Origin: Bacillota bacterium
GTDB taxonomy: Bacteria > Bacillota > JAAYKD01
DNA: 64,000 nt
NCBI GenBank assembly: GCA_963666425.2
Contig: OY762825.2
Span: forward strand, 1,728,001-1,792,000
Direction of reading: 5' to 3'
In this document: one piece after another, positions 47,080 through 54,633 of the stretch
Position numbering within the stretch: position 1 is the first letter of the stretch
Layout of the letters: the number at the start of each line of letters is the position of its first letter
Position numbers and translations under genes: made by a program
Notes under the pieces: generated by a model
Databases searched by the model: none
What the model saw: the letters and a program-made list of their open reading frames with translations, nothing else
Told to the model about the DNA's origin: nothing

Positions 47080-47970
47080 ATGTTAACCTGGAAGCAGCCG
47101 CGTCCGGAAGACAAAGCTTTATTTGATTCTTTTCTCAGCAGTACGGTGCGCGATAGTTATGAAACCTCCTTTGCCACACTTTATCTTTGGCGGAAATATA
47201 CTCAGCTGGAGTATGCTATCGATCAAGACTTATTGATCCTTTATCATCATAAGCAGGGCTTTGGCAGCTATTATCACCCACCCTATGGCTACAAGAAAGC
47301 AGACTTGCCGGAAATAACGCATAAGCTGCAGGCAGAGCGTCCCACCGATTTTCTATATGGTGAAGTTGATGAGCATTTCGCCTTTGAACTCAAGGAAATG
47401 ATGGGAGATTCGATCGAACTGATTGCTGATCGTGATGATTTTGAATATGTTTACCTGGTTGAAGATTTGATCAATTTATCCGGCCGCCGTTATCATGGTC
47501 AGAAGAATCATTGCAACACCTTTGTCAAACTATATCAGCCAACTTCGACAGCGATTTTGACACCGCAGGTACATGCCGACTGTTATCATCTGCTGCAGCG
47601 CTGGAAAGAAGCCAAAGGGCTGGAAGATTCCGAGCTGATTGCCGAACGCTGTGCAATTGATGAAGCTATGGTGCTGCAGGAGCAACTGCAGCTCGAAAGC
47701 ATTGCTGTTTATGCCGAGGGTCGGGTTGTAGGTTTCGCAATTGGTGAAAAACTGACGGAGGAAATGGCGGTCATCCATTTTGAAAAAGCGGATCCGGCCT
47801 GCCGCGGCGCTTATGCTTATCTCAATCAGCATTTTTTAGCCACGAATTTTCAGCAGCAGCGCTTCGTCAACCGCCAGGAAGACGTTGGCGACGCGGGTTT
47901 ACGAAAAGTAAAAACCGATTATCACCCGATCAAAATGGTGAAAAAATACTATATCCGGAAAGTAAATTAA
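47080..47970 (+). CDS. DUF2156 / aminoacyl-phosphatidylglycerol-synthase C-terminal-like GNAT protein
   Basis: RDDFEYVY, LSGRRYHGQKNH, HFEKA, VNRQEDVGDAGLRKVK. Confidence 0.85.
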   Translation: MLTWKQPRPEDKALFDSFLSSTVRDSYETSFATLYLWRKYTQLEYAIDQDLLILYHHKQGFGSYYHPPYGYKKADLPEITHKLQAERPTDFLYGEVDEHFAFELKEMMGDSIELIADRDDFEYVYLVEDLINLSGRRYHGQKNHCNTFVKLYQPTSTAILTPQVHADCYHLLQRWKEAKGLEDSELIAERCAIDEAMVLQEQLQLESIAVYAEGRVVGFAIGEKLTEEMAVIHFEKADPACRGAYAYLNQHFLATNFQQQRFVNRQEDVGDAGLRKVKTDYHPIKMVKKYYIRKVN

Positions 47971-48018
47971 GAATCACAGAATCCGCAGCAGGCGGCATAA
48001 AAAAGGAGAGGATGCCGG

Positions 48019-48585
48019 ATGAATCAAAGTCCGATTTTGATGCGCCCTTTGGCGACCAAAGATTTCCCTGCCATTGCCGCCTGGCTGCAGGATGCTTCTT
48101 TTTTGGCTACTTATGATTATGTACCGCCGAAACCGCTGTCGATGTTGGAAATTCTCAGCATCTGGATGCGTTATTTAAGCAATGAGGAAGCGGTGGCGTT
48201 TGCTTTGTGTGAACGGGAAAGCGGCAAGCTGATCGGCTGGTTGGGTTATGACGAATGGGATAAAGAAAATCAATTGGCAACCTTGTTTATTGGGATCGGC
48301 GATAGCGGCATGCGCGGCAAAGGTTACGGTAAAGCTGCGATGCATGAATTGCTCTGCTATGGTTTCGAAAAAATGGGTTTATTTAAAATTCAACTGCAGG
48401 TGCTGCCTTTCAACCTGGCAGGGGTTGCGCTGTATGAACGCTGCGGTTTCGTGCGGGAAGGCACGATGCGCCAAGCAGTTTTGCGCGAAGGAATCCGTTA
48501 TGATTTACTGAATTACGGCTTGTTAAAAAAGGAGTGGGAGAATGCAACTGCAGACAACAAGACTACTCATCCGATCCTTTCTTGA
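48019..48585 (+). CDS. GNAT acetyltransferase (RimJ/RimL-like)
   Basis: RGKGYG, YERCGFVREG. Confidence 0.88.
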   Translation: MNQSPILMRPLATKDFPAIAAWLQDASFLATYDYVPPKPLSMLEILSIWMRYLSNEEAVAFALCERESGKLIGWLGYDEWDKENQLATLFIGIGDSGMRGKGYGKAAMHELLCYGFEKMGLFKIQLQVLPFNLAGVALYERCGFVREGTMRQAVLREGIRYDLLNYGLLKKEWENATADNKTTHPILS

Positions 48586-49102
48586 AACAGATGCGCCCGC
48601 GTTGAGACGTTTGATCATTGATAAAGAAGCATCCCCTATGGCGCTCTATGATCGGGCTTTTCCAAGTGAAGAAGCAGCGATTCTGGAAATGACCAAACGC
48701 TTTGCCGAGGGGGATCAATTTTTTGCTGTTTGTTTGCTGGATAACCCAGAGCTGATTGGTTTTGTCACACTCAACCATCAAAAAGCACCGACCGAACGTA
48801 ATCTGGGTTATTGTTTGCTTTCCGCGCTGCATAAGCAGGGATATGCCAGCGAGATGTGCAGCGCGATGCTTTCTTATGCTTTTCATCAACTTGGGGCAGA
48901 GCGTCTCGTGGCGGGTACCGGCAATGCAAATATCGCCAGCGTTCGGTTGCTGCAGCGTTTGGGTTTTACAAAAACAGGTGAGAGCAGAGTTGCTTTCCGT
49001 AAAAATGTCAACGGGGAGCCGTTCGAGTTTATCGGCAGCGATTATGTTTTGACAAAAGAAGAGTATCAGCAGATTGAAACCAACTCGATGAAACTGCTCT
49101 AG
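48542..49102 (+). CDS. GNAT acetyltransferase (RimJ/RimL-like)
   Basis: TTRLLIR, LGY, KQGYASE, NIASVRLLQRLGF. Confidence 0.85.
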   Translation: MQLQTTRLLIRSFLETDAPALRRLIIDKEASPMALYDRAFPSEEAAILEMTKRFAEGDQFFAVCLLDNPELIGFVTLNHQKAPTERNLGYCLLSALHKQGYASEMCSAMLSYAFHQLGAERLVAGTGNANIASVRLLQRLGFTKTGESRVAFRKNVNGEPFEFIGSDYVLTKEEYQQIETNSMKLL

Positions 49103-49135
49103 AAAATCAGACCATAACAGAGAGAAGGAATCTAC

Positions 49136-50209
49136 TTGCAGCAGCTGCAGCCGGCTGATTTATTGTATCTATCATTACAGCGCCAATCTCTCCTGCAGAA
49201 AACAAGCAAGAAAAAAGTGCTGACCAATCTTTGTGGGCTGCAGGCGCAATTTGCCAATAATCCCAAATACGGACTGCGGATTCGTTCTAACGACTTTCAG
49301 GAAGACGATTGGAATAACGGTTTGGTTAAAATTTGGTCTTTCCGCAGCACGATGCATCTTGTTCTGCAAGAAGAAGTCGGTTTATATCTTTCCGCCAAAG
49401 GGATACCGGATGATTGGCGAGATTCCTGGTATGGTTCCGCCAGAGAGCTAAAGCTGTCGACAACCAATGGTTTTCTGAAAGAAAGCAAGCCTTATTGGTC
49501 GCAGTTTATTTATGAACAGATCGCCGGCGGGGTGTGTGAACGCAGCCAATTGAAAGAAGCATGCCGACGCCAGGGTATGGAGCCGGAACTGCAGCAGCAA
49601 GTGTTTCATGGTTGGGGCGGGCTTTTGAAAGAAATGGCGAGCCGTGGCTTGATCGTTTACGAAGGAGGGACAGCCAAACGCTTTTTGCGCTGCGAAGCTC
49701 CTCTCTTTTTGGAAAAAGATGAAGCCAGACGCATTCTTCTGGAACGCTATTTTCTTGTTTATGGTCCGGCTACCTTAGCCGACTGCGCTGCCTTTACCGG
49801 TTATGGTTTACCGGAAATTCGACGCTTGCTCAAAAAATACGACATTCCTTTGCAGACGGTGGAATGTGAAGGAATCACCTATGCTTATTTAGGTTCGCTG
49901 CAAGGCGATTTGAAGATTCCCACCTGCCTTTTTCTCACCGGTTTCGATCAGATGATTATGGGTTATAAGGATAGAACTCGCTTGTATGACCGTGCGGATC
50001 AGCAGCAGATCATCACTTGTTCCGGCATCGTTTATCCAACGGTACTGCTGCATGGCCGCTTGCAGGCACGCTGGAAATGGGAAAAGAACCAATTGCTGAT
50101 CACTCCGTTCCATGAGATTTCCGCATCTGACCGCGAATTGATTTTAGCAAAAGGGGAAGAGTTATTTGCGGATCTAGGGGTACGAGCAAGCTTCTTGGCC
50201 ATGCCGTAA
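49136..50209 (+). CDS. AlkZ/YcaQ (HTH_42) family DNA glycosylase-like protein
   Basis: QxQ motif GLQAQ, WSFRSTMHLV, YGPAT, FLTGFDQMIMGYKDR. Confidence 0.82.
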   Translation: MQQLQPADLLYLSLQRQSLLQKTSKKKVLTNLCGLQAQFANNPKYGLRIRSNDFQEDDWNNGLVKIWSFRSTMHLVLQEEVGLYLSAKGIPDDWRDSWYGSARELKLSTTNGFLKESKPYWSQFIYEQIAGGVCERSQLKEACRRQGMEPELQQQVFHGWGGLLKEMASRGLIVYEGGTAKRFLRCEAPLFLEKDEARRILLERYFLVYGPATLADCAAFTGYGLPEIRRLLKKYDIPLQTVECEGITYAYLGSLQGDLKIPTCLFLTGFDQMIMGYKDRTRLYDRADQQQIITCSGIVYPTVLLHGRLQARWKWEKNQLLITPFHEISASDRELILAKGEELFADLGVRASFLAMP

Positions 50210-50306
50210 GGAATAGATGATTTTGTGATCGATCACCTGGTTTGTTTTGAGCCAGCGCTTTTTGCAATAGATCGAACAGACCAGACCAATCAGAGAGGGT
50301 GTTTCA

Positions 50307-50882
50307 GTGCAAAAACCGATTATGATCGGCATCGCCGGCGGCAGTGCCAGCGGGAAGTCAACCTTGGCGAATTTGCTGCAGGAAAAGCTGCCTTTTTTAC
50401 GGGTCCTCGTGCTGCATGCCGATCAATATTATAAAAAAATCTTGCCAAAAACCACAGCTCCCTATACCGGTCTTGTTTATGATGAGTATAACCATCCGGA
50501 TGCATTGGAGCTAGATCAGATGTATCAGGATCTTTGCAAGGCCGCTGCGGAAGAATGGGATGTTGTTCTGGCAGAAGGGTTGTTTGTGCTGCAGAACGAT
50601 CAAATCCGCAGCTTACTGGATTTGAAAATCTTCATTGATTGCCGATCAGACGAGAGAGCGGTTCGCCGCTTGCGGCGTAATATGGCCAAAGGTTGGGATT
50701 TTGATGAAATTGCCAATGTCCTGCTGGATTCGGTACGCTACCGTCATGATGAATTTGTTGAGTTATCGCGCTGGCATGCCGATTTAGTGGTCAATGGTTC
50801 TGCGATGCCTTGGCGTGGCACGGAAGCCATTCTGGCCTGGATCGAGCAGCAATGCGGAAGAAGGCGGTCGCAGGTACGCTGA
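50307..50882 (+). CDS. udk: Uridine kinase family protein
   Basis: IGIAGGSASGKST, DQYYK, NHPDA, EGLF, DLKIF. Confidence 0.8.
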   Translation: MQKPIMIGIAGGSASGKSTLANLLQEKLPFLRVLVLHADQYYKKILPKTTAPYTGLVYDEYNHPDALELDQMYQDLCKAAAEEWDVVLAEGLFVLQNDQIRSLLDLKIFIDCRSDERAVRRLRRNMAKGWDFDEIANVLLDSVRYRHDEFVELSRWHADLVVNGSAMPWRGTEAILAWIEQQCGRRRSQVR

Positions 50883-50936
50883 CAGCAAAGCAGCTGCAGA
50901 GAAAAAGGACTAGATGGTTCGTTTCATGCGAGCAGA

Positions 50937-50979
50937 AACAATCCCCCGTTTCGGTGATTGACCGAAGCGGGGGATTGTT
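50937..50979. terminator. Bidirectional terminator
   Basis: AACAATCCCCCGTTTCGGT/ACCGAAGCGGGGGATTGTT. Confidence 0.8.
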
Positions 50980-50993
50980 ATGCCTATCTTATT

Positions 50994-51509
50994 TTACTTG
51001 TAAGCAGCTTCCACTGCAGTAGTAACCGCAGCTGCGCTGCCTTCCGGAGCGACGATGTAGAGTAAATCGGTATCATAATAAAACCATAAAGCATTGCCGA
51101 GTTTTTTACCTTCTTTGGGCAAATAGCTATCAAAACTGACTTTTTGAGCCGCCTGCCTGGCTTCAATTTTCTCCTTGACCGTATCCATATCTTTGGCATT
51201 CTTTAAGCGTAAAAAAACGATTTCATCACTCAGAATGGATTCCGCACAGAGATAAATAGAAAAGGTATCCAGCTGCTCTGCATCGATATCGAAAAATTTA
51301 TGAAGACGTGTTTCACTCAACTCCAACATTTCCGGAAATTTAGCAGTCTCAATCAGGTCGGCTGCCAGTTGGGCCAAATCCACCGGCTTCGCAGCCGGCT
51401 GCTCCGGAACAGAAGGTGTTGGTGAGGGGGTGCTGGTTTTTGTGCAGCCACCGAAGCATAATACAACTAAAATAAAGAAACAACAAACCAAGCGTGGGAA
51501 TCGCTTCAT
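50994..51509 (-). CDS. Lipoprotein, DUF4358-like
   Basis: Lipobox FGGC, DEIVFLRLK, SFDSYLPKE; adjacent to an SGNH hydrolase gene. Confidence 0.72.
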   Translation of the reverse strand: MKRFPRLVCCFFILVVLCFGGCTKTSTPSPTPSVPEQPAAKPVDLAQLAADLIETAKFPEMLELSETRLHKFFDIDAEQLDTFSIYLCAESILSDEIVFLRLKNAKDMDTVKEKIEARQAAQKVSFDSYLPKEGKKLGNALWFYYDTDLLYIVAPEGSAAAVTTAVEAAYK

Positions 51510-51545
51510 GAAGATACACTCGCTTTCATCATTCGGTCAAGAGAT

Positions 51546-52337
51546 TTAAGAATATTCCAAGGCGTGCTTCAGCAATCCCAACCAAGCGCCGTAATGCCGG
51601 AAGTAGAGGTGCAGACCATCGGGACTCATCTCAGGGTTCATACTGCCGTCCGCCAAACAGAAAGGTGGAGAAATATCGATGTAGGCAACTTTTTTTTCAG
51701 TACATAATTGCTTTAAAGCGGTGTTGAATTCAGCGATTTTTTCATTGCTGATCAGTGTGCTGGAATAATTTGAGGTAATCGGCAGGATAGACTGCACATA
51801 AAGCGTACTGTCAGGGTAGTATTTATTTAACGCGTCGAGCAAGTCATTATATCGGCTGCAATAGACTGCCGCATCCACAGAAGTATAATTCATATCATTG
51901 ATACCGAGCAGTATAAAAATAGCTGTCGGCTTTCCTGCCTGCCAATCTGTTAAATTCTCCGCTGCCTTCAATAAGGTTAAGCCACGCCCGGCCATAATCG
52001 CTATTGTATCAAAGGATGGCAGAATTTGCAGCCCTTCTGTTATAGAATCACCGATAAAAGCAGTAGTTTGAAAAATGGGATCCTGACTGATTTCCGTGGT
52101 GTCAATCGCCAGCAAGTCTGTAATGCCCAAAGCGGTACTTGGCTTTAAATGATTCTCCGGCCGTTCGGGCAAAGCCGTGCTTTGGTCTTTTTTTAAGTAG
52201 GAAATCGAAGCAGGTTCAGGATGGTTGAAAGAGCCATCAGCCTGCAGCCATAAGGACAGCGGGATCAAACAGAGCAATAGAAGCGTGATAATCCGTATAG
52301 GATGTAATCGGTGTCTTGTTTCGTGTTGATACTGCAT
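51546..52337 (-). CDS. SGNH/GDSL hydrolase, membrane-anchored
   Basis: FIGDSIT, LLGIND, VQSILP, DGLH. Start at ATG 52337 with AGGAGG RBS. Confidence 0.88.
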   Translation of the reverse strand: MQYQHETRHRLHPIRIITLLLLCLIPLSLWLQADGSFNHPEPASISYLKKDQSTALPERPENHLKPSTALGITDLLAIDTTEISQDPIFQTTAFIGDSITEGLQILPSFDTIAIMAGRGLTLLKAAENLTDWQAGKPTAIFILLGINDMNYTSVDAAVYCSRYNDLLDALNKYYPDSTLYVQSILPITSNYSSTLISNEKIAEFNTALKQLCTEKKVAYIDISPPFCLADGSMNPEMSPDGLHLYFRHYGAWLGLLKHALEYS

Positions 52338-52592
52338 ATTTGTGGCAATCACCTCCTGAGCGAAACTAAAAAAAACAACGGTTGGGATGATTCGGATTAC
52401 CCTCAGTATAACACAAAGCAAAGCGGGATGACTAGAGGATTTGCAGCAAATTGCCGCAAGAATTTCACCCTTTGTCTCAAGTGTTGAGTCGATGAGCATC
52501 AAAAAAAGTAAAAGAGAATCGGTTTCTAATCGTGTGATGGATAATAATTTCCCAGATAAATAACACATCTGAGTAGGAAATTTCAGATATTG

Positions 52593-52632
52593 CTTTTCCA
52601 GAAAATAAGAGTTACCTTATTTCCAGAAAATT
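52593..52632 (+). promoter_or_regulatory. Tandem CodY-like boxes / direct repeat upstream of the agr-like operon
   Basis: TTTCCAGAAAAT occurs twice (52595 and 52620). TATTTCCAGAAAATT has 2 mismatches to AATTTTCWGAAAATT. TATAAT at 52680-52685. Confidence 0.5.
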
Positions 52633-52722
52633 TTCCTTAAATAACTATAAAACAGCTTGTAATTGTTCCCGTTATTCGCTATAATATGCTCATATGTAAA
52701 AAAATCGGGAGCCAGGAATAAA

Positions 52723-53271
52723 ATGATTATTGAATTTATTGCAGCGATGATTTTGGCGAAATTCAAGCATTACAATTTGAAATATGCTTTTAATTCCTGG
52801 ACCTTTTATCCCGTGCTGCTGACGCAGTGCATCTTGATTTTTTTCCAGATGAGTATTTTTTTCGGAACTTATTATTTTTTGCAATTCGTACCAATCGTTG
52901 AACCGATCATCATCGTATCATTCCTTTTTGCCATCCTTGCTTATCAGCTCTATACACCGGCGATCATCGGCTCGGTTTGTATTGGCATCGGTTCCCTGCT
53001 GAATAAGTTTGTTATGGCGCAGAATGGCGGCTTGATGCCGGTTTATCCGAGTTTGTCTTATCTGACCGGTTATGCAACACCACAGTCCTTTCAGATTGCG
53101 GACGGTGTGCACATCTTGGGCAGTGAAGTGACCCGTTATAAGCTGCTAACCGATTATATTGACTTTGGTTATTGCATTCTGAGCCCCGGGGATGTCTTCA
53201 TCCATCTGTTTTCTTTTCTCATGCTTTATGCGATTTTTAAAGCGGCTCATCAACATTATTCTAGTGTGTAG
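52723..53271 (+). CDS. DUF5317-like membrane protein
   Basis: Multiple TM helices, N..VMAQNGGLMPV, LTDYIDFGYCILSPGDV. Confidence 0.78.
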   Translation: MIIEFIAAMILAKFKHYNLKYAFNSWTFYPVLLTQCILIFFQMSIFFGTYYFLQFVPIVEPIIIVSFLFAILAYQLYTPAIIGSVCIGIGSLLNKFVMAQNGGLMPVYPSLSYLTGYATPQSFQIADGVHILGSEVTRYKLLTDYIDFGYCILSPGDVFIHLFSFLMLYAIFKAAHQHYSSV

Positions 53272-53303
53272 ACAGAACTGCATCAATGAGAGGATGAATC
53301 AAT

Positions 53304-53825
53304 TTGGACGGAATAGCGATTAGTGTTACTCAGCTTTTAATAAAAGGTATTCCTGAGGGATTTCTCACGATGCTTGCCTTGCATGTTTTAACCCGGACAA
53401 AGATTGATGGGAAGAAATATTCACTTCTCAGCTCAGTTTATGTTGTTTTAACTTACTTGGTTAGATTCTTACCAATCACACTTGGTGTGAACACAATGAT
53501 ATCCCTGTTGACATTGATTTTACTTTTTCAAGTAACGTATAAAACGCAATTGGGTAAGGTTGTTAAATCGGTTGTTTCTGCTGTTTTGATCATGACCTTT
53601 GTCATGATTTCAGAAATACTGAATATGTTGATTCTCTATATTATTTTTGGTCAGAGTAAGGCGGAAGAGTTACTTAATTTCGGGTCGGAATTAACACAAA
53701 GTTTAGTAACTATTCCATCCTCGATTTTTCTTGGCCTTTTTATAATCCTTTCCCACGTTATTTTAACCAGGATGGAAAAAAGGAAAAACGAACATGGAGA
53801 AGCTAACAAGAAAACTGGCGACTGA
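53304..53825 (+). CDS. Hypothetical multi-pass membrane protein upstream of agrB
   Basis: About 5 hydrophobic helices, GIPEGF and VRFLPITLG; overlaps the agrB start. Confidence 0.75.
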   Translation: MDGIAISVTQLLIKGIPEGFLTMLALHVLTRTKIDGKKYSLLSSVYVVLTYLVRFLPITLGVNTMISLLTLILLFQVTYKTQLGKVVKSVVSAVLIMTFVMISEILNMLILYIIFGQSKAEELLNFGSELTQSLVTIPSSIFLGLFIILSHVILTRMEKRKNEHGEANKKTGD

Positions 53826-54441
53826 GGTCGCTCGCTCGCTCGATTACGATGCCGAGCGCGAAGCGGTAATCGCTTACGGTCTGATCGGAATCGTACAGAT
53901 TATCATCACCTTTACTTTGGTTCTGATTTTTGGAATTTTGGTCGGTGCACCGGTGGAAGCACTCATTGTCTGCGCAGCGGTTGGCCTGTTGAGGAAATAC
54001 AGCGGCGGTGCTCACGCAGGTTCGGCGGAATTATGCAATGCAATCAGCGTTGTTTACAGCACGTCGGCAGCATTTGTGGCCAAAAGATATTTCTCTACGG
54101 TAGATCATCTCATTCCGCAGCTGTCGTTCATCGCGGTCATCTTCGGCGTTTCGTACCTCATCGTCTACCGGTTGGCGCCGGTAGATTCAGCCAATAAACC
54201 GATTAAAACGGTGAAAAAGAAAAAAAGGATGAGACAAGGCAGCTTGATCATCCTGACTGTTTACTTTCTGTTATCGATTGCCCTGATTCTTATCGGCTGT
54301 GATTATGGGGTTTACGCCTCATACGGGATAAGCCTTCTGTTTGGAGTTATTTGGCAGATTTTCACTCTTACCTCCCCAGGAGCAGCCCTGCTTCACAGCC
54401 TGGATCTTTTATTCCAAATAAAGGAGGTGAACAATTTATGA
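53794..54441 (+). CDS. agrB: Accessory gene regulator B (autoinducing-peptide maturation protease)
   Basis: IAYG, LRKYSGGAHAGSAELC (His/Cys 7 residues apart, as in catalytic H77/C84 of S. aureus AgrB), APVDSANKP. Confidence 0.93.
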   Translation: MEKLTRKLATEVARSLDYDAEREAVIAYGLIGIVQIIITFTLVLIFGILVGAPVEALIVCAAVGLLRKYSGGAHAGSAELCNAISVVYSTSAAFVAKRYFSTVDHLIPQLSFIAVIFGVSYLIVYRLAPVDSANKPIKTVKKKKRMRQGSLIILTVYFLLSIALILIGCDYGVYASYGISLLFGVIWQIFTLTSPGAALLHSLDLLFQIKEVNNL

Positions 54442-54560
54442 AGAAGTTCTATGGTATCGTTGCTGCTGTTTCTACAATCATGGCAGCCGCTCTCGCTACT
54501 TCTGCCTGCTGGTGGTTTGCTTATCAGCCGGAAGAACCCGCGTCTTTGAGAGAAGAGTAG
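54438..54560 (+). CDS. agrD: Cyclic thiolactone autoinducer peptide precursor (40 aa)
   Basis: MKKFYGIVAAVSTIMAAALATSACWWFAYQPEEPASLREE. AAGGAGGTG RBS; ATGA overlap with the agrB stop. Confidence 0.92.
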   Translation: MKKFYGIVAAVSTIMAAALATSACWWFAYQPEEPASLREE

Positions 54561-54570
54561 AAAAACCCAT

Positions 54571-54607
54571 ATAGGAGGCTTTTTTTGAAGCCTCCTATCT
54601 CTTTCTT
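54571..54607 (+). terminator. Hairpin/terminator between agrD and the GGDEF-HD-GYP gene
   Basis: ATAGGAGGCTT...AAGCCTCCTAT followed by CTCTTTCTTT. Confidence 0.65.
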
Positions 54608-54633
54608 TGCGGTAATTTTAAGGAGGCGTTGAC

